This document shows positions 42,944-51,501 of a stretch of 64,000 bases of DNA, piece by piece. The DNA lies in NCBI GenBank assembly GCA_029862125.1, contig JAOTXY010000009.1:2597-66596 (forward strand). The letters are read 5' to 3'. Position 1 is the stretch's first letter; each line of letters opens with the position of its first letter. The notes beneath the pieces were generated by a model. It was not told where the DNA came from and searched no databases. It worked only from the letters and a program-made list of their open reading frames with translations. The stretch is from Gammaproteobacteria bacterium (GTDB lineage Bacteria > Pseudomonadota > Gammaproteobacteria > GCA-001735895). A program made the translations under genes and the position numbers.

Positions 42944-43439
42944 CACCCCGGATGTAATGCGCCTTGCCGACATCGGTGCTACCGGACTCGTCCGGCTATT
43001 GGCAGAATTCGGATTGATATTAGAACACTGTCCCGCTAACCAACCCATTCCGCACAGCTACTGGGGGGAACAGGAAGCCGGCCTGAAATACAATCGCCTG
43101 TACGCCCGCGATGACACCCCGCTGCATTCCATCCTGCACGAGGCCTGCCATTTCATCTGCCTTGACCCTGCACGGCGCGGAGAGCTTGATACCAACGCTG
43201 GTAGCGACGAAGCCGAAGAAAACGCGGTTTGTTACCTGCAAATACTGCTCGCAGACGAGGTCGAAGGATTCGGGCGTGAACGCATGTTCACAGACATGGA
43301 TACCTGGGGATATAGTTTTCGGCTTGGCTCAAGTAGAGCCTGGTTCGAAGATGACGCCGACGATGCAATTCGCTGGCTGATAAGCCACAACCTGTTGGAT
43401 TCTCGACAACTAACCACAAGTCAACTCCGACAAGCATAA
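42933..43439 (+). CDS. hypothetical protein with HExxH-like motif (HEACH)
   Basis: 168 aa, overlapping the TetR stop by 11 bp. ILHEACHFICLDP resembles a zincin-type motif but is non-canonical. No confident family. Confidence 0.45.
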   Translation: MPTDTPDVMRLADIGATGLVRLLAEFGLILEHCPANQPIPHSYWGEQEAGLKYNRLYARDDTPLHSILHEACHFICLDPARRGELDTNAGSDEAEENAVCYLQILLADEVEGFGRERMFTDMDTWGYSFRLGSSRAWFEDDADDAIRWLISHNLLDSRQLTTSQLRQA

Positions 43440-43606
43440 AACGACCCTCAATACGGCTTCAAAAGGAGTCTTATAAACCCGTAATTATCGCAACTTGCGG
43501 CTAAAGATTTAGTCCTGTCGACCGATACCCCTATACGAGCAGAGTCGTAATTCAACTCTAAACTCCAAATTTACACGATCACAGGTTAGCGAGCAGGAGC
43601 AACTGG

Positions 43607-44362
43607 GTGGATATCGCATCAATTGTTGGATTTATACTGGCCTATATCATTATCGCGACAGCGATAAGCCTCGGCGGCCCGTTCGTATTATTTGTCAATG
43701 CACCCTCCCTGTTGATAGTGGTGGGTGGAACCTTCGCAGTTACGCTGATGCGCGTCACCATCGCCAATTTCCTCGGCTCTTTCAAAATTGGTTTGAAAGG
43801 TTTCTTTTATAAGCTCGACCGCCCACAAAACCTGATCGATGAATCGGTCGAGCTCGCCAATATTGCGCGCAAGGAAGGCATCCTGGCACTGGAAGGCCGC
43901 GAAATCGGCAACGGTTTCCTGGAACGCGGTATCAGCCTGTGCATAGACGGTCATGCCCCGGAAGTGGTCAAGGGATTGCTCGCCAAAGATATCAACATGT
44001 CAATCGAACGCCACACCGTTGGCGCCGATATGTTCAAGGCAATGGCAGTCTATGCGCCGGCGATGGGCATGATCGGAACCCTGATCGGCCTGGTACAGAT
44101 GCTGGCAAACATGTCGGACCCCGCTGCAATCGGCCCGGCCATGGCGGTCGCACTATTGACCACCCTATACGGCGCAATAATCGCCAACGCGTTTGCCTCG
44201 CCACTGTCGGAAAAACTAGTCCTGATCAGTGGATACGAAAAACTCAACAAGGACCTGATCCTCGAGTCGATCAATGGTATCCAGGAAGGTACCAATCCTC
44301 GCGTTTTGAAACAGTTACTGAACGCCTACCTCCCGGAAAGCAAGCGCCAGGAAGACGAGTAG
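43607..44362 (+). CDS. motA: flagellar motor stator protein MotA/PomA family
   Basis: 251 aa, four TM helices, conserved plug/cytoplasmic loop (RKEGILALEGRE) and C-terminal TM3-TM4 region GPAMAVALLTTLYGAIIAN. Confidence 0.8.
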   Translation: MDIASIVGFILAYIIIATAISLGGPFVLFVNAPSLLIVVGGTFAVTLMRVTIANFLGSFKIGLKGFFYKLDRPQNLIDESVELANIARKEGILALEGREIGNGFLERGISLCIDGHAPEVVKGLLAKDINMSIERHTVGADMFKAMAVYAPAMGMIGTLIGLVQMLANMSDPAAIGPAMAVALLTTLYGAIIANAFASPLSEKLVLISGYEKLNKDLILESINGIQEGTNPRVLKQLLNAYLPESKRQEDE

Positions 44363-44371
44363 GGCTTTGCG

Positions 44372-45283
44372 ATGAACGAGGAATGCGATTGCCCACCATG
44401 TGAGAAAGGCCTACCCCCCTGGCTTGCTACTTTCGCTGACATGATGGCGCTGTTGATGTGCTTTTTCGTGTTGCTGTTGTCATTCGCGGAAATGGATGTA
44501 CTCAAGTACAAGCAGGTGGCGGGTGCGATGAAGCTTGCCTTCGGTGTGCAGCGTATCGTTAAAGCTACCGAGATTCCGAAAGGTACCAGCGTCATTGCCA
44601 AGCAGTACAGCCCGGGCACACCCACCGAGGTAACGCCGCTCGAAATAATGCGTGAAAAAACCACCGATGATACCAAGACCAATCTCGATTTTAACGATTC
44701 CAAATCACGCAATGATGGCGGCATGGGCGAAGCCGAAGCCGAGGCGATCGCCCAGCAAAAGGCCCAGCGTGAAGCACAGGCAGAGGCCGAGGAGCTGCAG
44801 GACGAGTTGTCCGAGGCTATTGGTGACGGCCTGGTCGAGGTTGAGGCCTATAACGACCGTGTCTTGATACGAATTCGCGAGCGCGGCTCCTTCGGTTCCG
44901 GATTCGCAGAGCTGCAAACGAAATTCCTGCCCATACTGAAGCAGATTGCGGACGTTCTGAATCAGCGTGACGGGCACTTTGTTATCGCCGGGCATACCGA
45001 CGACATCCCCATCGAAACCCGCCGTTTCCGTTCCAACTGGGACCTGTCGGCCGCACGTGCAGCAAGCGTGGTTCATTATTTTATCCAGGAAGGTGATGTT
45101 GATCCCGAGCGCATGGAAATCAGGGCGATGGCAGACAATGAGCCGATTGTACCCAATGACAGTTGGGAGAATCGTGCCAAGAACCGCCGCGTGGAAATCA
45201 GCGTCCTGCATGGTAACCGAATCCCGATTGCAGGGCAGTCGCCCTCGGAAAACGTCGATTACGTTGTGCAGCCGGACGGTTAG
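44372..45283 (+). CDS. motB: flagellar motor stator protein MotB (OmpA-like peptidoglycan-binding C-terminus)
   Basis: 303 aa. N-terminal TM with the essential Asp region WLATFADMMALLMCFFVLL; C-terminal OmpA-like motif (NWDLSAARAASVVHYF...NRRVEI). Confidence 0.8.
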   Translation: MNEECDCPPCEKGLPPWLATFADMMALLMCFFVLLLSFAEMDVLKYKQVAGAMKLAFGVQRIVKATEIPKGTSVIAKQYSPGTPTEVTPLEIMREKTTDDTKTNLDFNDSKSRNDGGMGEAEAEAIAQQKAQREAQAEAEELQDELSEAIGDGLVEVEAYNDRVLIRIRERGSFGSGFAELQTKFLPILKQIADVLNQRDGHFVIAGHTDDIPIETRRFRSNWDLSAARAASVVHYFIQEGDVDPERMEIRAMADNEPIVPNDSWENRAKNRRVEISVLHGNRIPIAGQSPSENVDYVVQPDG

Positions 45284-45291
45284 GACCTAGC

Positions 45292-45861
45292 ATGACTGAC
45301 GAAAGACGACGCTATTTTCGCATCGAAGACGAAGCCCTCGTGGCGTTAGAGCGTATTGACAAGGCAACGATTGAAGATCGTCTCGAAGACTTCTGGACCA
45401 ACGAGCACGAGTTTTCAATACGCAACAACTATAATTTTCAGATTGAACAACATATTGCTGATCGCCACAAAATCGACAGTAAGATGCCGGAACTGGGTCG
45501 TTACCTCGGAGTGCTGGAAGAACAGGTTGATCGTCTCACTGACAAACTCATTGACGATAAAAACGACCAGGCAATGACACAAAAGTCAGTTAACCTCAGC
45601 GCCCAGGGAATTGCTTATTTTGACGACCAGGCCCCCGAGCAGGACGAACTGGTTGAATTGAAATTAAAACTATTGCCCTCCGGATTCAGGCTTGTCATTA
45701 TTGCCAGGGTCGTACTGGTAGAAAAGGATCGCGGCCAGGACCAGGGTAAACATCGTATTTCACTGGATTTCGAAAACCTGCACGAAGCTGACCGCGAAAT
45801 ACTGATCAAGCATATGCATGGCAAACAAATGGAATCATTGAGTAGCACACAGGAAACTTAG
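45292..45861 (+). CDS. PilZ-domain protein (putative c-di-GMP receptor)
   Basis: 189 aa. N-terminal RRRYFRIEDE (RxxxR motif). No second PilZ motif was identified. Immediately downstream of motB. Confidence 0.6.
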   Translation: MTDERRRYFRIEDEALVALERIDKATIEDRLEDFWTNEHEFSIRNNYNFQIEQHIADRHKIDSKMPELGRYLGVLEEQVDRLTDKLIDDKNDQAMTQKSVNLSAQGIAYFDDQAPEQDELVELKLKLLPSGFRLVIIARVVLVEKDRGQDQGKHRISLDFENLHEADREILIKHMHGKQMESLSSTQET

Positions 45862-45867
45862 GCAGAG

Positions 45868-47307
45868 ATGACCGAACAAGCAGCGTCCTCCTGGTTATCC
45901 TCTCATCATGAAATTGTTCCCGCCTTAGAAATCTTTCATCGTCGGGCACTGGAAACGCTCGAAGACCACACTAAAACCGTTCGCGACCTGGCAGATATAA
46001 TCTCGCTCGATCCCGGCATGAGCGTATCGCTGTATCACGAAGTTAACTCCAGGCTGCGCGATAGTGACAAGCATCCAGTGGAATCGGTTCATTCCGCCTT
46101 GAGCCTGCTTAGCGACAGTGCCATTGCCGACCTGGTGATGCAGCACAAGGTTCTTGATCAGACGCATCCGGACGCGCGACGGCGGCAGAGTTACCATCAG
46201 TTGATGAGCCGGACTTTTCACCTGCTGGCACAACTCGAGCGCTTTATTACCTTGCAGGGGATCCACTCTATCTACGAAGTCCGCAGTGCGGCAGTGCTGC
46301 ACAACATCGGTGAATTCTGTGCCTGCCTGTTCGATCACGAACATTACCAGCAGTACCAGGATAAATTCCGTGCGCTGGGAAGTGATGCTAACAGTGCGAA
46401 ACCCGTTTTCGGTTTCGATTTTCATGAACTCGGGCGCCAGTACGCCGCGAAATCCTATTTACCGGCACTGGTAACCGAATCGCTCGACGAGAACATACCA
46501 TCCGGGCGCAAGGCGCGCCTGATTCAACTTGCAGCCGATGTTTCCCACCAGGCTGAAGTAGGCTGGTATCACTCTTCGATGAAAGCAACCGAAGAGGTAT
46601 GTGCGGCTTACCTGAACCAGTCGCTCGACGGATTTCACAAACATTTGCAGGCAGTGGCTATCGAATCTGCACGCAACAGCCCGTTCGACGACGTATTGCC
46701 CGCTGCGACTCGCCTGATTATGCTGCCCGATCGTGAAGCCCCGGTGCAAACGAAACCGGCCATCGTCGACGATCTTGAAGCTGGCGGCCATGAATTCGAA
46801 AACCGCGTTAAGGCCTTGCTGCAAACGGCGCAACCAACCCAGTCACAGCTGCTGGATCTTCTGCTGAATCACTTGCATGACGATTTACACCTGACACGGG
46901 TTGTATTGATGTTGCTGTCAAAGGATAAATCCAGGCTCGGTACCCGCGCCGGCAGAGGGATAGATCAACATTCTCCCATCAAGACACTGGTCATCGATAT
47001 CAGCAAGGAAAGTGTGCTTAAAACACTGCTTGGTAAACCCCAGTCTATATGGATAGAGCCGGACGAATACCAGAAATACGAGGCCGCGCTGCCAGCCAAG
47101 TTCAAGGCCAGCTTCCTGCATGAAAGCTTTTTCCTGATGTCACTATTCATCGGCAACAACCCGGTTGGAATGTTGTTTTGCGATCGTGCGCATGCGGTCA
47201 CCCGGCTCGACAAGGTGACCTACGTGAAATTCAAATCGGCAATCACACTGACCAGCAAGGCGCTGGCCTACCTGTCTAAGCGGAGACGCCCTCCGGCGGC
47301 TCAGTAA
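45868..47307 (+). CDS. HDOD-domain signalling protein
   Basis: 479 aa. N-terminal pattern (LADIISLDPGMSVSLYHEVNS...LSLLSDSAIADLVMQH...HNIGEF) matches the HDOD domain; C-terminal ~200 aa of unknown type. Confidence 0.6.
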   Translation: MTEQAASSWLSSHHEIVPALEIFHRRALETLEDHTKTVRDLADIISLDPGMSVSLYHEVNSRLRDSDKHPVESVHSALSLLSDSAIADLVMQHKVLDQTHPDARRRQSYHQLMSRTFHLLAQLERFITLQGIHSIYEVRSAAVLHNIGEFCACLFDHEHYQQYQDKFRALGSDANSAKPVFGFDFHELGRQYAAKSYLPALVTESLDENIPSGRKARLIQLAADVSHQAEVGWYHSSMKATEEVCAAYLNQSLDGFHKHLQAVAIESARNSPFDDVLPAATRLIMLPDREAPVQTKPAIVDDLEAGGHEFENRVKALLQTAQPTQSQLLDLLLNHLHDDLHLTRVVLMLLSKDKSRLGTRAGRGIDQHSPIKTLVIDISKESVLKTLLGKPQSIWIEPDEYQKYEAALPAKFKASFLHESFFLMSLFIGNNPVGMLFCDRAHAVTRLDKVTYVKFKSAITLTSKALAYLSKRRRPPAAQ

Positions 47308-48205
47308 ACTCCTGGCCCACTGCGACCAGCCAGTCACGCAGACGTTGCGCAGCTTCGGATAGTGGACGAGTTTCGTCCCAGGTAAGATAAAAGGAACCCG
47401 GTGCCGGAATTTCCATCTCGCTGATACGAACCAGTTTGCCGCTTTGAATCAGCGCCCCGACCTGCGAATGCCAGCCCAGCACAATCCCCTGGTTTTCCTC
47501 GGCAGCCTGCAGCGCAACCACGTAATTATTGAAGCGACGAAAGTTCGCCTGTGAACTATCGCAGTCCCACTCTGCCATCCAGGCATCCCAGCCGGTCCAG
47601 GCCGGATCGACGCTATCCAGCTGAAGCAACGGAAACTGCAGTAACTCACGGGGCTGCAACCATTGGTGATCTGCGGCAAATCCGGGACCACAAACCGGGT
47701 AGATACGATCATCAAATAGTTTCACCGCCTGCTCGCCACGCCAGCCGCCATCGCCATAGCGAATTCGTATATCGGCGTTGACGAAGCCGCTGTCGCCCGG
47801 ATTATCCGAAATGGCATGATTCAAATTGATATCACGATACTGCTGCCAGAAGCCACCCAGGCGCGGCATCAACCATAGCGACGCAAAAGCGGTAGTCGCC
47901 GCAATGGTAACGTCCAGGCTTTGTGACCGGCTTCTGAATTCCTGGCATAGCCTGCCAATTTGTTGAAAGCTCGAACTTAAAACCTGGAATAGATCGATTC
48001 CCTCCGCGGTGAGTTCGACACCGCGGTGCAAGCGCTGGAACAATGCGCAATCCAGCTCGTTTTCCAGTGCCTTTACCTGGCGGCTGACTGCACCCAGCGT
48101 AACACCGAGTTCTGCAGCAGCAGCGGTAAAACTGCCTTGCCGGGCACAGGCATCGAAAGTGTTGAGTCCTGTGAGACTGGGAAGTTGGTAATAACGACGT
48201 GCCAT
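47276..48205 (-). CDS. LysR-family transcriptional regulator
   Basis: 309 aa. N-terminal HTH FDACARQGSFTAAAAELGVTLGAVSRQVKALENEL. Divergent from the Rieske oxygenase gene; 3' end overlaps the HDOD gene by 32 bp. Confidence 0.8.
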   Translation of the reverse strand: MARRYYQLPSLTGLNTFDACARQGSFTAAAAELGVTLGAVSRQVKALENELDCALFQRLHRGVELTAEGIDLFQVLSSSFQQIGRLCQEFRSRSQSLDVTIAATTAFASLWLMPRLGGFWQQYRDINLNHAISDNPGDSGFVNADIRIRYGDGGWRGEQAVKLFDDRIYPVCGPGFAADHQWLQPRELLQFPLLQLDSVDPAWTGWDAWMAEWDCDSSQANFRRFNNYVVALQAAEENQGIVLGWHSQVGALIQSGKLVRISEMEIPAPGSFYLTWDETRPLSEAAQRLRDWLVAVGQEFTEPPEGVSA

Positions 48206-48339
48206 AGCAATTACTAGAGTTTACCTTAAGTAAAGCCAAAAGGAAGTTTTTTAATATTGCCAACTCGGTTAATTCAGCGCAATGTTTACCTTTCCGAACT
48301 GCCCAACCAGTATTGGGCTTGATATTGAGGATAATACCT

Positions 48340-49515
48340 ATGAGCCAGACTTCAGCCCCGAGTATCGCCCTGGACGCCATCCTGCAGCCGATCGAAAAGG
48401 CGAATGGATTGCCCAACCAGGCATACACCAGCAACGATTTCCTGGCGCAGGAACGTGACCATGTGCTCGGCAAAAGCTGGGCCGGGCTCTGGTTTGCCAG
48501 CGACCTGCCCAAGAAGGGTTATGTCAAGCCAGTTGAATTCATGGGCCTGCCACTGGTCATCCTGCGCAACAAGCAGGATGAGATCAAGGTATTCCACAAC
48601 GTCTGCAGCCACCGCGGCATGATCCTGGTACACGATGAAATGGAAGTTCAGGGTGCGTTGCGCTGCAAGTACCACTCCTGGTCATACAATCTCGATGGCG
48701 AGCTCAAGGGTACGCCGCATCTCGGCGGGATCGGGCAGCAAAAGTTCGACGGCTTCAATCATTGCGATCACGGGCTGAAACCGGTGCGCTCGACCGTATG
48801 GATGGATGTTGTTTTTATCAATCTCTCCGGAGACGCACCTGATTTCGCCGATTACATCAAACCGCTGACTGAAAAATGGAGCCCCTTTCTTGGCGGTACC
48901 GGCCTCGATCGATTAAGAACCGCGGCCAATGGCAAGGGCATGAAGATCGAGGTGAACTCGAACTGGAAGCTTGCAGTGGAAAATTACTGCGAAAGCTATC
49001 ACCTGCCCTGGATTCACCCCAGTTTGAACACTTACTCCCGGCTTGAAGATCATTATCACATCATGTATGGCGATGACTTCGGTGGGCAAGGCAGCAACGC
49101 CTACCGTCTATACGACCAGGCTGGCACCGCGTTACCGCGCTTCCCCGAGTGGCCCGAGGACAGGCTTGAACAGGCCGAATACGTCTCGTTCTACCCGAAC
49201 GTGTTACTCGGAATCCAGGCCGACCACGCTTTCGCAATGATAATCGAACCCAGGGCCTGTGACCGGTCCGTCGAACACCTGCGCCTGTTCTACGTCGGCG
49301 ACGAAGCGCTTTCCGATGAACATGCAGCAAGCCGCACCGCCACCCTCGAATCCTGGCGCGTGGTATTCAGCGAAGATATCGATGCGGTCGAAGGCATGCA
49401 GCGCGGACGGCAGTCACCGGGTTACGGCGGCGGGGTGTTTTCACCGGTGATGGACAATCCAACCCATCACTTTCACCAATGGGTTGCGCGCAAGTTACAG
49501 TCTGCCCGGGGCTAG
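48340..49515 (+). CDS. Rieske [2Fe-2S] non-haem-iron oxygenase alpha subunit (GbcA/CntA-like ring-hydroxylating oxygenase family)
   Basis: Rieske motif CSHRGMILV...CKYHSWSY and mononuclear-iron region (YHLPWIHP). Start moved to ATG 48340, preceded by GAGG. Confidence 0.8.
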   Translation: MSQTSAPSIALDAILQPIEKANGLPNQAYTSNDFLAQERDHVLGKSWAGLWFASDLPKKGYVKPVEFMGLPLVILRNKQDEIKVFHNVCSHRGMILVHDEMEVQGALRCKYHSWSYNLDGELKGTPHLGGIGQQKFDGFNHCDHGLKPVRSTVWMDVVFINLSGDAPDFADYIKPLTEKWSPFLGGTGLDRLRTAANGKGMKIEVNSNWKLAVENYCESYHLPWIHPSLNTYSRLEDHYHIMYGDDFGGQGSNAYRLYDQAGTALPRFPEWPEDRLEQAEYVSFYPNVLLGIQADHAFAMIIEPRACDRSVEHLRLFYVGDEALSDEHAASRTATLESWRVVFSEDIDAVEGMQRGRQSPGYGGGVFSPVMDNPTHHFHQWVARKLQSARG

Positions 49516-51497
49516 GAGCCCAGATCGCGAAATAAGGCACCACGCGCAATAGGCCAGATTCCCCGACTCAGCGCGCGGCCGGCTTCGAACAAGACGTAGC
49601 TTTGACCACCGTAGTGAGGCAGGGGTCGCAGCAGTGATTTCAGGTCATTGGTATTCGCAGCCGACACCACCACTACCGCCGCCCCGTTAGCGCGGCGCGT
49701 GGTCCAGACCTCGGCAGAATAGGCCACCTTCGGCAATGCGGATGGTCGCTTCAGTCCTAACAGCTTCAAATCTTCGTTCAACCGGTCGTGGGTGGTGATG
49801 AGCAACAGCGAGTTGCCCGGTTGTTGCGCTGCGGCCAGGTTATCAAACCGAGGCTGCGTATCCATTAACCTTGATGCCAGGTTTCGTGCAGCCGCGGTAA
49901 ATTCAGCATCGTTGGACGCGATCAGAGTGCGGGTCTCGGGATCCAGCGTCACGTCTCGCAGGATCGGCGGTGTCTCGTTTTGATGCAGGCGCCGAAACAC
50001 ATCGCTATCGGGGTCGGCCTGGAAATAGAGTGGTTTTGTCGGTGTAACAAACTCGACTAGAGTTAAGGTATCGTCGATGGTTATGTCATATTGCCGGGTA
50101 CCGTCGACCGTTGTCAGCGACACGGGTAGCTGGAAGCGATAGCCGGTAACCGGTTGTAGAATCTCGACCCGGGTACGGAAACCCGCCTCATCCTGGTTGA
50201 CACTATGCGCACCGAGACTCAGTCGAGGTGCCCCGGAACGCAACAGCCATTGCGCGAAGAACCAGTCGAGATCCTGCCCCGCTGCACGCTCGAAGGCGAC
50301 CTGTAAATCCCGCCAGCTGGCGGTGTCGTGTTTGTGCTTTTGCCAAAAGCCACGCAAGCCATCGTCAAACGCGGCCTGGCCTATTTCCCGTGTCAGCATG
50401 TGAAAAATAAAGGCAACCTTGTTATATCCAATCACCTGGGCCGCCTGGTGCTGCTTCGAGGTAAAGGCTGTTACCGGCTGATCACGCTCCGCGGGCAGGG
50501 CTGCATAATCGCGCAACCATTTTATACGCATGGACTGCGCCGCCTCCCCGCCCTGGTCAGCAGCGAGTGCGTAATCGGCGAGATAAGTGGTCAAACCTTC
50601 CGCCCAGTTGCCGCTGGCGTAATCGACCGATACCGCGTTCCCCCACCAGTTATGCAACACCTCGTGCGCCAGCGATCGCGTGCGCATGAATGGCAACGGA
50701 ATTACCTGGCGCCCGACATAGGTAAGATTTGGGAATCCCAAACCCACCGGTATCGGCGCCGAAATAACATGGAAGTCGGAATATGGATAGTCACCGATAC
50801 TTTGCTGGTAGCGCTGGATATAGCTATCGGCAGCCTCAAGGTAGGTTTCGGCCAGTGGGACGAGATCCTCGTGAAAATAGGTGCGTAAGCGCAGTCCGTT
50901 GCCAAGCCGTTCCGCCACCTGGTATGGCCCGACAAATAGTGACGGTGGTTCGCCCGGATTTAGCGTCTCAAAGGTCGATATGTAAACGTCTTCAGTTAGT
51001 TGCTCGCTAACCAGCTTTCCGGTCGCGACCGCACGCTGCCCGACCGGAACCGTTACCGTGAGACGGTAGCTTGTGCGACCACCCTCATCCCGGGGAATCC
51101 AGGCATCGTATCCCGGCAGGAAAAAACCATCGTCACCGCTGCTGCTGAGCAGAGCTGGCCAGGATTTCTGTTGAGAATCCCGTGCCGGCACTTCACCGCG
51201 CAGGGTAAATTGAAGCTCGTGCGTATTGCGATCCGGAAGTGCCAGCCAGTACTCCAGGCCTTGCACCAGTGGCCTCACTTCCTGTCCGTCGAGTAACAGG
51301 CTTTCAACACCGAGCCAGGCGGCAAGTTGAAACTGGTAGCGTTCACGTCCACTAACCCGCAGCCTGTCTTTAATCAGTATTTCAGCGGTATCGGTTTTCA
51401 GCACAACTTCGATCGAGTGCTCAACTGCCGGGCTCGAGGCCTGTGCCAACTGTTGAGCGCCCGCAAAACAAAACAATGCGGCGAGAATGCATCGCAT
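49512..51497 (-). CDS. secreted M1-family zinc metallopeptidase (aminopeptidase N-like)
   Basis: Signal peptide MRCILAALFCFAGAQQLAQA, HEXXH-(18)-E zinc motif HEVLHNWWGNAVSVDYASGNWAEGLTTY. Start chosen at MRCIL (51497). Confidence 0.8.
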   Translation of the reverse strand: MRCILAALFCFAGAQQLAQASSPAVEHSIEVVLKTDTAEILIKDRLRVSGRERYQFQLAAWLGVESLLLDGQEVRPLVQGLEYWLALPDRNTHELQFTLRGEVPARDSQQKSWPALLSSSGDDGFFLPGYDAWIPRDEGGRTSYRLTVTVPVGQRAVATGKLVSEQLTEDVYISTFETLNPGEPPSLFVGPYQVAERLGNGLRLRTYFHEDLVPLAETYLEAADSYIQRYQQSIGDYPYSDFHVISAPIPVGLGFPNLTYVGRQVIPLPFMRTRSLAHEVLHNWWGNAVSVDYASGNWAEGLTTYLADYALAADQGGEAAQSMRIKWLRDYAALPAERDQPVTAFTSKQHQAAQVIGYNKVAFIFHMLTREIGQAAFDDGLRGFWQKHKHDTASWRDLQVAFERAAGQDLDWFFAQWLLRSGAPRLSLGAHSVNQDEAGFRTRVEILQPVTGYRFQLPVSLTTVDGTRQYDITIDDTLTLVEFVTPTKPLYFQADPDSDVFRRLHQNETPPILRDVTLDPETRTLIASNDAEFTAAARNLASRLMDTQPRFDNLAAAQQPGNSLLLITTHDRLNEDLKLLGLKRPSALPKVAYSAEVWTTRRANGAAVVVVSAANTNDLKSLLRPLPHYGGQSYVLFEAGRALSRGIWPIARGALFRDLGS

Positions 51498-51501
51498 ATT
51501 C

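Noticed and set aside
47832-48512. 226-aa minus-strand ORF spanning the LysR gene start and Rieske gene start
   Set aside because: Overlaps two supported genes and their intergenic promoter region. Cys/Arg-rich low-complexity translation.
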